A stretch of 38,538 nucleotides of DNA from a virus (taxonomy: Duplodnaviria > Caudoviricetes), in IMG/VR virus record IMGVR_UViG_3300020045_017512, positions 1-38,538 of that record. One strand, 5' to 3'. The position numbers and the translations under genes are program-made. Below are positions 1-12,443 of the stretch, piece by piece. The notes beneath the pieces are model-generated. The model ran no database searches, had not been told where the DNA came from, and saw only the letters and a program-made list of their open reading frames with translations. Numbering within the stretch: the first letter of the stretch is position 1; every line of letters begins with the position of its first letter.

Positions 1-121
1 TATTTTAACTCTTTTCTTTTTCTTATAATATCTTTACTTAAATCTATTATAGCATCTTGTAAATCTTCTTTAGAAATATTACTATTATTAAAAGTATTCA
101 TAATACTCTCTCAGATCATCA
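1..121. repeat. Terminal overlap identical to 38418-38538 (circular assembly junction)
   Basis: The first 121 nt match the last 121 nt, and an ORF reads in frame across the join. Confidence 0.97.
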
Positions 122-224
122 GTTTAATCTTTTGTTTTCTATCTCTAGATACTAACTTTCATAAGTTTATTATACTTTGAAATCATTCTGAATAATCTTC
201 AAAGTATTCTTCTTTCTTTAACAT
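1..224 (-). CDS. Hypothetical protein, 5' part (continues across the junction to 38210; 143 aa)
   Basis: ATG at 224, MLKKEEYFEDYSEGFQS..., open in code 25 through the junction to TAA at 38210. Confidence 0.8.
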
Positions 225-284
225 CTTTATTTAAATTAAAATATAAAAAGTGACTTTTTAGAGAGAAGTCTAACTCTTTTATAT

Positions 285-575
285 TTAATCTTCTATATAA
301 CTATTTTTTTTAATATGTTCACAAAGAGAGTTCATTGGAATATTAAGACGAAAATTAAGTTTAGATTTTTTTATATCTTTTATAAGATCTACACTTAGAG
401 TATGTAATTTAAAATTAAAAAGAATTTGAAAAAATAATTGAATCTCTTGAAAATAATGATCTCTATAAATTTCTTTAATAATTGTTTTTCAATTTTTTTT
501 AATATCTTTTTCGATCTTTTCAAATTGTCTAATAACATATTGTAATGTTCAATAGTCTTTAGGTAATTTTAACAT
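285..575 (-). CDS. Hypothetical protein (96 aa)
   Basis: Code-25 ORF MLKLPKDYGTLQYV..., preceded by the recurrent leader and class-1 promoter motif. Confidence 0.7.
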
Positions 576-693
576 AATATAATTAGCTCTTTCAGCTATA
601 TTCGATTAAAATATAAAGTATAAGAAAACTAATCGTTTAAATTTTTCTTATATAATAATTTTATTTAATTATTTCTTTTTTTAGGTTTCAGTA

Positions 694-1476
694 TTATTTA
701 TAAAGAATTCTACATATTGTAGAAATAAAAGTACTAAGTGAATGAGGTCATTCTTTAATTATAATCTCTCATTTACAAGTTCATCAACTTCAGTATACTT
801 CTTTTAAATACTCATATATATTTTCTTTTGGAGTAAGTTTATCATCTTCATTACTTAAGAATATATATTCTTTATCTTTCATACTACTATTAAGATGATT
901 ACGATTAGTTTCAAAGTACTTATTATCTTCAAAGTATCTTTGTAATCTATTATCTTGTGTATTAGTTTTGAAGAATTTATGATCTTCTTTCTTTACTCAC
1001 ATTAAAGTTAAATCTCTTGTTAATAAATCGATAGTTTCTCAATTCTCGTTAGCTTTATCTTGATACTCTTGATATACGTTATCTAATTGTTTATAAGTAT
1101 ATAGAAAACCACCTAAAACTAATTGATCTACAAAGGGTAAATAAGAATTAGCTAATTGTATAGTCAAATAAGATCAAAATGAAAATCAAATGATTTTACT
1201 AGTTTTTACTTGTTCATAAGATAGAAGATTAACGATTCATTCTAGAAGATAATGAGTAGTAAATCATTTCGTTAAATCGTAACTATATTCAATTAAGATA
1301 TAATTCTGATCTGAATTTTCTTCTATAAACTTTTCAATATATTTCTTATTATTCGTATGAGGACCTCATCAAAGTATTAAAGTGAAATCATTAGTATAAT
1401 TTCATTGATATAAGTGATATTCAAATATATCGTGTTGTTTAGTAATTAACTTACTAGTTGGTATTCTTTCTTGCAT
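694..1476 (-). CDS. Alpha/beta-fold hydrolase (esterase/lipase/peptidase-like), 260 aa
   Basis: LILGGGP oxyanion-like motif, nucleophile elbow IIGFSFGS (both Gly are TGA), acid motif NEDDKLTP and C-terminal EGPH, giving a full Ser-Asp-His triad. Confidence 0.85.
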
Positions 1477-1485
1477 AATGTTAGT

Positions 1486-1644
1486 TTAGTTATTAAGTAG
1501 TATAATTTCTGATTTAGGAATATCATTTAAACTAGATACTTTAAATCGATTTATAATAATCTTACTCTTTCTCTTATTATGTTTTATATTCATTAGAGAA
1601 GTATCAATTATAAAATTAGGTTCTTCGAAAAAACTTTTTCACAT
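1486..1644 (-). CDS. Small hypothetical protein (52 aa)
   Basis: Code-25 ORF directly downstream of the 1645-1840 expression cassette. Confidence 0.55.
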
Positions 1645-1839
1645 AATCTTTTTTAAATTAAAATATAAAGTTTTAAGTAATTATAGAGAAGTTATTATCG
1701 AATAATTTATTACTTATATTATTGTATTAACTTTCTATAATATAATTTTATTTAATTATTTCTTTTTTTAGATCTTATAGTAAAATATGAATTTATAATA
1801 AAAAAGATCACATTTTAAGTGATCTTTAATATTTATTTT
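1645..1839 (-). promoter_or_regulatory. Duplicated intergenic cassette (terminator + class-1 promoter + leader hairpin); second copy at about 37767-37962
   Basis: About 195 nt near-identical between the two loci, containing the AAAGATCAC/GTGATCTTT hairpin, the AAAAAAAGAAATAATTAAATAAAATTATA motif and the TTTATATTTTAATTTAAA leader. Confidence 0.85.
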
Positions 1840-2087
1840 CAGAAATCTTCTTGAAATTTTAATCAACATTTAGGACAATATTTAGGTATCTGTCTATTAT
1901 TATAAACTGGTGTAGTATATATACTAAAATATGTATCACAGTTATCACATATATAAAGTATATTCTCTCATATAAATTGATCTTTTTCTCATAAATATAA
2001 TAATGTTTCTTTTTTAACTATATTATTATTTTTGTCTTCATAAAGACCATATTTGTCTAATTCTTCTTTTGTTATTTGATATTTCAT
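1833..2087 (-). CDS. Zinc-ribbon protein (84 aa)
   Basis: CDNC...CPKCG (terminal G = TGA). Confidence 0.75.
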
Positions 2088-2145
2088 ATTATTTTAAATT
2101 AAAATATAAATTGACTTTTTTGAAGAGAAGTCTAACTCTTAATAA

Positions 2146-3288
2146 CTAATCTGTAATTCTAAAACTAATTTGAGGAAATCAATTAAAGAATTCAATTACT
2201 GTATATCCATTATTTCAATATAATCATTTTTTATCATCATAATCTCAACCTCAAGCAAATCATATTCAAATTACTTTAGCAGTATTAAAATAATATTCTA
2301 TTTTACCTTCGTGCCGATGTCAAGTTAAGAAGATCATATATTTTTCTTTCATTTCTTTATATTTTACTCTAAGATCTTTTGCTTTAACTCAGTTTTCTCA
2401 GTTTTCTCAATGTGAACAAGATAAATCTACTTCTTTTAACTCTCTATAAACTACTCTATTAGAATATGGATCAAATATAATCTTTATATTAGTTTCATTT
2501 CTATAATATGCTTTTAAATATTCTGAAAGTTCATAAACTGGAATTCAAAGAAGATCATCATCTTTATTCTTTGTAACTACATCATGATTTCAACGTAGTA
2601 AAATAATTGTAATTTTCTTTTTTCTTTTTCTTACTTCTTCTAGTAGTCAAATAAGCCAATTCTTAGTAAACTCTTGATTTTGAACATATGTTTGAAGTTC
2701 TAAAGTTAATCTCATTCAAGAATGTTTTTCAACTTGTGACATCAATTCATTTAGATCTCCTGTAATTGCTAATACTATATTATTTTCTTTACAAGTTAAG
2801 ATATCATTTGCTAAAATATTTAATCTATCTTGAATTGTTAATATTTCACCTTCTTGAAGTATAGTTGTTCATTTCTTTCAAATATGTATATCAGTAAGTT
2901 GAAATACTTTACTTCAACTTTCTTTAACTTTATAAGGAGTTACTTTAATTGGTTTAACTTCTTTACTTATTGATTCTTTAACTAATTCATATATATCTTC
3001 TTTCTTAATATCTTCTTTTAAAATTTCTCTATTTATCTTTCTTTGAAAATTACTTTCTTCTCTACTTCTAATTAAAGACTTTTCTGTAGATACTATTTTT
3101 CTATCTGAATAGTTTAATTGTGAAACTTTCTCATTATGATTTCAAACTACATTCTGTACAATATCAAATGTAATATTATATCATAATTGATTCATTATAG
3201 GAATGATTTCTTTTAATTTATATCAACTAATATAGAATTCTATTATTTTAGAATTTCTTTCTTGAATCAATGTATTTTTAACTTTCAT
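2146..3288 (-). CDS. Calcineurin-like metallophosphoesterase with N-terminal helical/HTH-like region (380 aa)
   Basis: All five family motifs are present: TDIHIG, TGDLNE, RGNHD, SHG and TGHxH, with most Gly encoded by TGA. Confidence 0.9.
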
Positions 3289-3370
3289 ATATAGATTAAA
3301 TTTAAAATATAAATTAACTTTTTAGTAGAGAAGTTTAACTCTATTATAATTTTATTTAATTATTTCTTTT

Positions 3371-3586
3371 TTAATCTACTATCAATTTATTTACTAAAAA
3401 TCTAACTCCTTCTTTTGTTTTTTCTATTTTTCTTCTTGAGTTTCTTATATCATCTAATTCTTCTTCTGTAAGAGATTCCATAAACTTATAATAATCAGCT
3501 TCATCTCTTTGTTTATATGTTCTGTATTCACTAAATGCTTTAATTCTCATTCATTCAGGTAGTTCACCTTGTTCATTTTTATACAT
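3371..3586 (-). CDS. Hypothetical protein (71 aa)
   Basis: Code-25 ORF with the conserved AT-rich leader. Confidence 0.65.
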
Positions 3587-3612
3587 AATACTTTTTTAAA
3601 TTAAAATATAAA

Positions 3613-3867
3613 TTATTTAGAGTAAATTTCATTTTGTAATCTTATTTCATTATATTCAAGTTCTTCTAACTTTAAATATTCTTCTTGTCTTCTTGATTTT
3701 AAAGTTATATAAACGTTTTCAAGAATTAAACTTTCTTTTAAAGTAGAAATTAGATCAATTTTAACTTTTTTAAGAACTTTATCAAAGAGATCTATTTCTT
3801 GTTTTAATATTTTAATGTCATTCTGAATAAAAAGTAATTGAACTTCTTTTTCTACTGCTTTATACAT
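3613..3867 (-). CDS. Hypothetical coiled-coil protein (84 aa)
   Basis: Present in the ORF track and downstream of a class-1 promoter at about 3969-3997. Confidence 0.65.
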   Translation of the reverse strand: MYKAVEKEVQLLFIQNDIKILKQEIDLFDKVLKKVKIDLISTLKESLILENVYITLKSRRQEEYLKLEELEYNEIRLQNEIYSK

Positions 3868-3978
3868 AAGTTGTTAATAGTTAAAGTATAATATTTATTT
3901 TATATCAATTTATGTTAATATCGAACTAATTTATAAATTTATATTAGATGTATTAACTTATTGATAATATAATTTTAT

Positions 3979-4308
3979 TTAATTATTTCTTTTTTTTCAT
4001 TCTACTAATAAATTTAGTATTTCTTTTTTAGTAATTGGTTGTTTAATTCATTTCTTATTTTTAGATTCATATAATTCTAAATTAACTTTTCATACTACTT
4101 GTTTAATATGAGATATAAAATCATATTCAAATCATCAAACATCAATAAATCAATGTCTTAAACTTTTTAATTTAATTCTCTCTTTAGTTGTATCATAATA
4201 AATTTCAATATATGGAAAACAAATTCATTTACTTTCAAGACCAACTTGAATACTGTTTCACTTTTTGATCATAAATCAATGAAACATTGTAATTACATTT
4301 TCTAACAT
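3979..4308 (-). CDS. Hypothetical protein (109 aa)
   Basis: Open in code 25 and tightly packed behind the sigma-like gene. Confidence 0.65.
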
Positions 4309-4325
4309 ATATTTTTATATAATTA

Positions 4326-5006
4326 TTAAATAAACTTCTCTTTATTTTCTTCTAGAAATTTCTTTATAATAGTTAACTTCTCTCTTACATAATCTGGAGT
4401 AATTCAAAGATTTCTTCAAATTTCTTTATTTGTATATCATTTAGTTAATTGATCAAAAATATCTCTTTTCTTTTTTCAAAGTTCTTTTTCAATATATCTT
4501 AATAAAAAGTAGATATCGAGTTTATTAAATTGATAATTATCTTTATTTATATCTAAAAAGTCTTGATCTTGAGATAAATTTTCAATTAAATCTATTTCTC
4601 ATTCATCAGTTACTACTTTAGAGTTAATCTGTTGTATCCAAATATAATCTTTTTTTATTCTTCAAGTTTTAGTATAAACTAGATTTCAATGTTCATCTTT
4701 AACTTCTAATTCACTTACTATATTTCAATTCTTTTTATTTTTTCGTATAAAAGTATCAAACTTATATTCTAAAGTTTTTAAAATCTGATCTTGAGAAGAA
4801 CTTGATCTATGATTCTTTTTATTATAATTTTGTAATGAAATAATAGTACTAAATATAATATCTTCTTGATCTTCTCTATTATTAACTCAATATTTAGATC
4901 TAACTAAAGATTTTAGTGAATCAAAAAACTTATAAAAGTTCTTTTCATTCTCAAATGTAATATAATTCATAAATAATCATTTTTTAGATTTTGTATTTGA
5001 TTTCAT
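4326..5006 (-). CDS. Sigma-70/ECF-like RNA polymerase sigma factor (226 aa)
   Basis: Region-2-like REDQEDIIFSTIISLQNY...FIRK and region-4 HTH KRDIFDQLTKGYTNKEIGRNLGITPDYVREKLTII. Confidence 0.75.
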
Positions 5007-5101
5007 ATATAAATAGTTAGTAAATAAATCTTAATACAATATAATTTTATATAAAAGTTTCTTTTTTTGTAACTCTTAGTAAAATATAAAAATTGAACAA
5101 T

Positions 5102-5128
5102 AAAAAAAGATCATATTTCTATGATCTT
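5102..5128 (-). terminator. Intrinsic terminator ending the tail operon
   Basis: AAGATCAT/ATGATCTT stem followed by a T-run on the minus strand. Confidence 0.7.
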
Positions 5129-5231
5129 AAAACTTAAAATTCTTTGATTTAACAAGTTTTTATTCTTTAGATGATATAATATAGTCAAAAAGTATTAACT
5201 ATTGAATATCAATTAAAAGAAGTATGTTCTA

Positions 5232-5939
5232 TTATACTATAGTAATTTTTCAACTAAATGATTCTGAGAAAGTAACAATTACATCATGATCATCTTGAAT
5301 TTCAATTTGAGCATCTACAACTATATTATCAGTTCATTTAATTTGTACTACTGGAGAAGTAATTCAATGAGTAGCAGCACTAATAGTTACAGTAGTTTGA
5401 GAAACTACTGTTTCAACATATTTAACTGTAGCTCAAGCTGTTCACCCTACTGCAGTAATAGATCAACTAGTACCATTATATTTAAAAATATATAGATTAC
5501 TAGAATCGTGTGCTGGATATATAAAATTTCATTGTGAAGCAGCATCAAAAGTTCTAATTAAAGTAAGAAGATGTGTAGTTGTACTCATAGCATAAAATCC
5601 ATTTTCAGATGTAGTAGTTTGATTTGCTACATATACTACTTGTCAATCTGCTACAGCAACTCATCTAATAGTTCATCAAGCTGATGTAAAAGTAGATAAA
5701 TCTAAATTTCAATCTGTAATATGTGTTACAGGTCAAAGAAATCATCTATCTAAAGAAGTAACTAATTCATCAACAGCAAAGTTTTCATTAGCTAAAACTA
5801 AACCAGGATGAAATGTAGCTCAATTTCAAACAAGAGATCAAACTGCAGCAGAACCAGGTCCAGCAAATCAATCTAGAATAAGATTTTTAATCTTAACTCA
5901 ACCTTGAAAGACGATTCAAGTAAAAAACTTTTTTAACAT
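5232..5939 (-). CDS. Tail fibre/structural protein (235 aa)
   Basis: Last gene of the tail module; contains VYVANQTTTSENGFY (similar to the VLVKNQT.ASENGIY fibre motif); shares a domain with the 22600-24705 gene. Confidence 0.7.
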
Positions 5940-5997
5940 AAGTTTTAAAAGTTAATAAAATAAATAGTTTAATCTCGTTACGGAGAGTAGATTAAGT

Positions 5998-7821
5998 TTA
6001 ATAGTAAGTAACTGTAAATCAAGTAATATCAATTCAAAATTTAAAGTATAATACTAAATTAGAAGAAGTTTGTTCTATTTTTGTTTCAATTTCTCAATTT
6101 ATATTATCTAAAAGTGTAACTAATAAAGTTCTTCACTTAGTATTTATTATCGTATATTTATTATATACTACTATTTCAGTTCAATAAGTATATCAGTGTA
6201 TACTATAATCATATGTACTTATAGGTTCAGATATATATTCTAGTGTAGGAGTTATAGTCGATAATAAAAATGAAACTATTCAATCTCATCATACTAAACT
6301 ATCTAATTTAGATTTATCAGCATCAGAGAAGTTATTTTCTGATAATCACATTCAATCTACTTTATCTACCTTTTCAGCTAATAATTCACAAGGTGATTTA
6401 GTTCAAGATAAATTTCATATTCTTTTAACTATTCTAAGAGATGAATACTCTGTGTAAGCTATTATACTATTTTGTGTAACTCATTCTGTTAGAAAAGCTA
6501 TTCTATTATTAGTAGTTCATATAGCATAATCAGTAATATGAGTTTTATCTCAAAATCATTTAGTAATTCAAGAACTAGATGTATTTATTATATTTTCTCA
6601 TAACTGAAATCAAGTTAGATCTTCTCATCTATATAGAAGAATTTGTTGTGTTTCACTATATTTTCTTAATTCTAATTGTGAAAAACTAAAACTAGTATAA
6701 TTACTATAATCTAAAGATCATACTGCTATAGATGTTAATTCATTAGTAGAAGAGTTAATACTATATACTTTATATCATAATTGATCTCAATTTACTAATC
6801 GTCAATAAAACACAGCTCAATTATACCATCAAAGTACTCATAAATAATCTGTAGTTCATTCTCTATATGAAAATGTTCTTCAAAATCATACATTAGTATC
6901 AGTATTTTCAGTATATAGAGTAATTATATCTCAACTTGTTGTTAATATTCTACTTCTATTTGATTCACTAGATGTATATCATAATCAACTTGAAAGAGAT
7001 AAAACTATTCAAATCTTATTATCCTCAATTTTTTGTAATCTATATCAATTTAGATACATTCAATAATCATAAAATGTTGGAATATTATAAAAAATTGATT
7101 TTTCTTCAGAATAATCACTAACTGTAATAGTAGTTCAAAAAATATTTATTACTCTTCAAAGTAAAGCTGGATTTGATAAGGAATCATATCATAAATATGT
7201 AACTAAATATCTTCAAGTACTTAATTCAATACTTTTAGGTTCAGGTGTATATCAAGAAATGAAATATTCAGATGAAAAAGTAATAGTAGTTCAACTAATA
7301 GTTCCAATTACTGCATTTAAATAACTTTGATAAGTTCAAGGTACTCAATCAATTTCTTTTCTTCATTTATAAATATAAAGAAATTTATTATCTTCAAGTT
7401 TTTTTACATCTTGAGAAAATCAAGTATTTCAAAATGTCCAATAAGGAAAGTTAACTGATGAATCAACTACTAGTGTAGATTTATTTGTTAATTGAAATTT
7501 AGGAATAGATGATGGAGTTGTTTGAGAATTATATGATATACTATTACTATGAATAGTTAAATAATGAGTCGAGTTAATATCTAGTGTATCTATCATATGA
7601 GCAGTTCATACTCAAGTTAAATATTCACTATTAGATAAACTATAACTATCAATTCAACAACTTACTCAATTTCATCAAATTTTAAAATATGTTCAATCTC
7701 ATTTTGATACAAAAACTTCTTCACTAGAAGTACTAGTAAAGTGTTTTCACTTAGTTCAAGTACACTGTTCTACTGTTGGAGTAGTTTGTGGTGTAGGTGT
7801 TATATCTATTTCAACTGACAT
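5998..7821 (-). CDS. Tail spike / receptor-binding protein (607 aa)
   Basis: Ser/Thr/Gly-rich, with IGTISGTTITF-type repeats and the fibre motif KVDKVDGMGLSENNFSDADKSKLD; located after the hub gene. Confidence 0.75.
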
Positions 7822-7830
7822 AGTTTATTG

Positions 7831-8967
7831 TTAATTTAATAATTGTGGTTTAGCTTGATTTGTAGTTTTTAAATCTTTTTGTGTATTTATTCATCACTTT
7901 AATTCTTGTAGTTGTTGTATTAGATTTGGAATCTTTTGTAATATAGTTCCTCAAAATTTATAAGTAATATTTTCAGCTCAATTTATTAGATCTATATTTT
8001 TTCAAATAATATATCAATCTCAAATAAAATCTAAATATGGTCAACAATTTTCAATACTAACTGACACTTTATCACCAAGTTCTAATAATATTGTTAAATT
8101 CTGTATAATAGATAAGTCTAGTATTCTAACTTCTTGTTTATATGTATCTAATAGTAATCATATTTGTGCTTGACCAACTGGAATAGGAGATCATTCAATA
8201 TATCAATTCTCATACATAAAATATAGTCAGATACTTTCAAATGATGGAGTATCATCCATTAACGCATATCTATCATTTTCAACAACTTTATTTTGTCAAA
8301 TTATAATATTATATTTATCAGTACTAGTAGAAGTAGGATTTGTAATATTATTACTTAATTTATCTTCTTTATTATAAACGAATCTAACAAAATCTGAATT
8401 ATTTTGTGTTCTATCAGTTCAAGCTAATTGTGAAATTACTACTATAGATCAAAATGTCATAGTAAATACAAAAGATAAACTTAATTTTGATAATCTATCT
8501 AATACACTATAAATACTCTCTCAATTTTTTACTTCTATTGTTACAACATAATCTAAAGGTAAATCTACTACATCTAATCAAATAGATCAAAATGTATTAG
8601 AATTCCAAGTAAATAATAAATCTTGTATAATAGCTTCTGGAGTTTGTAAAGTATAAATCTTATCTTCTAATACTAACTTATATTGTAATAGTTCTCTCAA
8701 TCACTTTCAGTCTATAACTAAAGTTCAAATAGTAGCTGTAATATTTTCTACATATCATTCAAAAAGAATAATATCTTGTCAATTACTAGGTTTAATCAAT
8801 TGGAATCTATCAAATTTTTGGATTGTAAATCAAAGATTATCAGATAGAGTTATTTTACAAGTACTTTGTGCATTAAGTAAATTAGAACTTTCAAATTCAA
8901 CTATTTGTGTAGTATAATCTGTATATGTAAATGGATTATAAAATTTTATAATATAGTTTTTTCACAT
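7831..8967 (-). CDS. Baseplate hub / Tal-like minor tail protein (378 aa)
   Basis: Synteny after Dit and an N-terminal LFEGYVE motif typical of hub proteins. Confidence 0.7.
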
Positions 8968-8986
8968 TTATATCTTTTTTATTATA

Positions 8987-9835
8987 TTAAATAAAGTAAG
9001 AATTATATTCAATAGTCATACTACAAGTTCACATGTCACTATCAGTAGTAATTTCAAAATCATTATCTCAATTTATTAAGTATAATGAAGTAGATCAACT
9101 TGCTCTATAGAATTTTAGAACAGCTCCAGATGTAATATAGATTAAAGGATCTCAGTTTGGAATAAAATTAACTACTAGTTCACTTCATCCAAGTATAGTA
9201 TAGTTTAACTTATAATAATTTCAAGTTACTAAATTTTTAATTTTAGGATTAACTAATCAAACTGATGTAGTAAGTTTAATACTTACGGGAGTTAATCAAG
9301 TTCAATCAGTAGTAGCTGTAAATCAACGAGAAGTAGTAGATCAAGTTAATTCTAGAGTAAAAGATTGTGGATCATTTAAAGCATATTCAAATCTATCAGA
9401 TACTAAATCAAATTCAAAGTTAATTATTAACTGTTCATCTGTTTTAGTAAAATTAGGAAGTTTATAAGGTTGTACATAAGTAAAGTATTCTAAATTATCA
9501 TCAAGTGTAAATAGAAGTTTTAAATTATATCAATCTTGTAGATCAACTCAAGGTGCTAAAGCTCTTTTAAGATTTTCTTGTCAAATCTTTAACTTTTCTT
9601 GAGTTCATCAAAATACTTGTCATCTAAAAGTAAATAATCTAGGAGATCAAAATGAATTTCAAACTATTCATCAATTTTTAACATTATTATTTTTAATATC
9701 AGTTCTTAAATCTCCAGTAAATTCAGCTTGGTTTATTACAACTTGTGTAGTTAAAGCATTATCATCAGAGAAATCATAAATTACTTCATTATCTTGATCG
9801 GGAAATCTAACTAATTTAATTTTACGAATAATCAT
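8987..9835 (-). CDS. Distal tail protein (Dit-like, 282 aa)
   Basis: Directly after the tape measure gene; KNGGIVGNSFGSPRLFTFRGQV is typical of Dit N-termini. Confidence 0.75.
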
Positions 9836-9895
9836 TTGTTTTATACTTATAATTTAAATATTGTTCTATTACTATATTATATACAGTAAATTTTA

Positions 9896-12433
9896 CTACA
9901 TCAATCAAACTCAAATAGTTCTATTTAATTTTGTTACAGCAGTATTATCAGTTACATTAACTACTCAGATATTAACTCAATTTCAAGATGTACTTTGTAA
10001 GTCTGTAGTATTTAATCATTTTCAAGAACTTAAAGCTGATCTGTATGCAGAAAAAGCTTGACCTCAAAGAAAGTCTCTTCAAAAATCTCTAGAGACTTGT
10101 ACCTTTTCTGAAAATCTAGCTTGCATTTTTTCAAGTTTATCATATTCATCTTGTTTCTCTTTTAAAGTTTGTTCTTTTTGTTTTCTTTGAATATCTAAAA
10201 GAACTGTACTATGTTCTTCAGCTAAATATTGTTGTTCTTTTAACTGTTGAATTTGAGCTTTTAAACTTTGAGCTCTTAGATCTTGTACTTTACTTTCTGT
10301 TTTATTTCCAGCATTTTCTTCAATTTTAGATTTTTGTTCAGCTATTGATTTAGCATCTTCTAATTCTTTAATTTTAATATCATAATTATTTTTACTAGTA
10401 TTTTTTTGAATATTGATTTCTGATTCTTTTAGTACTTTAAGATCGTTGATAATCTTAATTTGTGTATCTATATTATTTTGTTGTTCCTTAGTAGTAGATT
10501 TTAATCTTTGATCTTGTAAATCTTTAACTTGATTACTATAATCTTCGTATTCAAGTTGTAAATCTATTAAATTAGAACGTATTCTATCATTATTTTGTAA
10601 TTGATCTATTGTATAGTCATTACTATTTTTCTTTAATTCTTGTAAAGCTTTAATTCTTTTATCAATAGCAGCTTGATCTTTTGGTAATAATATATCTTCT
10701 TCTAAAGAAGTATTAGTAGCTCAAATAGTTCAATCTACTATTCAATATTGTATTTTTTGTCAAGAAATTAACTTTTGTTTTTGTAAATCAGCTATTTTTT
10801 GTGATATCTCTTTATCTAAAGAATTAGTATCAACTCATAAATCACTTAATATCTTTGATTTAGAATTTGCATAGTTTTTCTCTTGTTGAATTAGTGTATC
10901 AAAATAATCATTACTCTGTTTTAATTTATCTTGTAGTATTCTTTCTTGATCAATTTTCATTTGTTCTTCAGCTGTTTTAGCTATTTCAATTTTTCAATCA
11001 TATACTTTTCAAAACTCTGTAACTGAATTCTTAAAATCTGTAATTCATTGTGCTAAATTATTTTTTATAGCTCTATTTTCTTCTGCTACAGCATTAGATA
11101 TATTATCTAATTCATCCTGAAATTCACTAAATGAACTTTGTTTAGTAAGATATCTTCAAGTTTCATATAATCAAAGTAAAATTCAACTTAATCTATTCAT
11201 TTGTTGATCTGCAACATTAACTGTAACAAGAAATGCATTTCATAAAACTTGTAATCAACTTATCGTAATTTCTATTGCTTTTGCAAATTTTGGTCCAGCA
11301 ATTAAATCTAAGAATTTATTTACTAAAGGTAACATTTTTGTTCCTAATTCATCTTGAAATTTAGCAAAAGCATTCTTTGCTAATTGTATTTTAGATGCAG
11401 TAGTTTCCCATAGTGTATTTGATTCTTTTACATGAGCATTATTTTCAGCATAAGCTTTATTTCAAGCATCAGTATTTTTAGTAATTTGATCTGTTATTTT
11501 AGCTGCTTGTAAAAAAGTTTGATTTCTTAATTTATTTTTTCACTCTAAAGCATCAAAAATTCATAAACTATTTTCTCATTGAGCATTTATTTTTTTTAGA
11601 ATTGTTAATGTAGTATTCATTGTATCTGTTTTCCAGGCTTCTTTAAATTGATCTGCAGATAATCAAGCTAGTTGAGCAAATGTATTTAATTCATTTCATC
11701 ATTTAGCTACTGCTGATACAATAGATCAAGCAAATGCAGAAAATGCTGTTGCTCATCTTTCTGCTGGTATTCAAACAGATGCAAGAGAAGCTCATAGTCA
11801 AAGTATATCTCAAGCTGAAAAATTAGCAATACTACTTAAAGCAGCTAATCTTTTTCAATATTCTAAAATATTTGTTTCTTGTGTAGCTGTTGTATTTCAA
11901 AGATATGTAACAGATGCTGCTATATTTGATATTTTATCTTCAGATAATCACATAGCATTTTGCATCTGAGTTAATCATAATGCAGCTTCTTCTCAAGCTA
12001 AATTTGCTGCTACTCAGAATTCTGCAACTGTTGTAGTAGCTTGTTTTAATCATTTATCAGATATTCAAGTTTGTGATAATATTTCTTCTAATTTAGCTAT
12101 TTCTTCAATTGGTAGAGGAATAGTTTTAGATAAATCTAAGATTCATTGTTTAACTACTCAAAATGTAGATGGATCTACTAATGTTTTCTTTACTTTTTGA
12201 AATGCTTGTTCTAAATCTATTGCTTTTTGTACTGCTCAAGTTGTTACTGATTGTAATCATTCGAGACCTAGACTAATTGCTTTATATCAAAGAAATCATT
12301 TAAATAGATTTCAAAGTATTCATCAAGATGAACTTCTTTTAACTAATGTATCTAACTTTCAATTAACATCTGCAAATCATTTATCAAAATCACTTGTATC
12401 TGCTTTGAATTTAAATCCAAGATCTTCTATCAT
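9896..12433 (-). CDS. Tail tape measure protein, TP901 family (845 aa)
   Basis: AIDLEQAFQKVKKT...LGNTTATQETNILEYGKRLAA...ASLASVGIPAERGATAFS, followed by long coiled-coil. Confidence 0.93.
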
Positions 12434-12443
12434 AATATATTTT

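Noticed and set aside
252-277. Canonical preQ1-I riboswitch
   Set aside because: The topology is similar, but the ligand-pairing cytidine and loop consensus are not evident and the downstream genes are unrelated to queuosine. It is kept as a novel pseudoknot motif instead.
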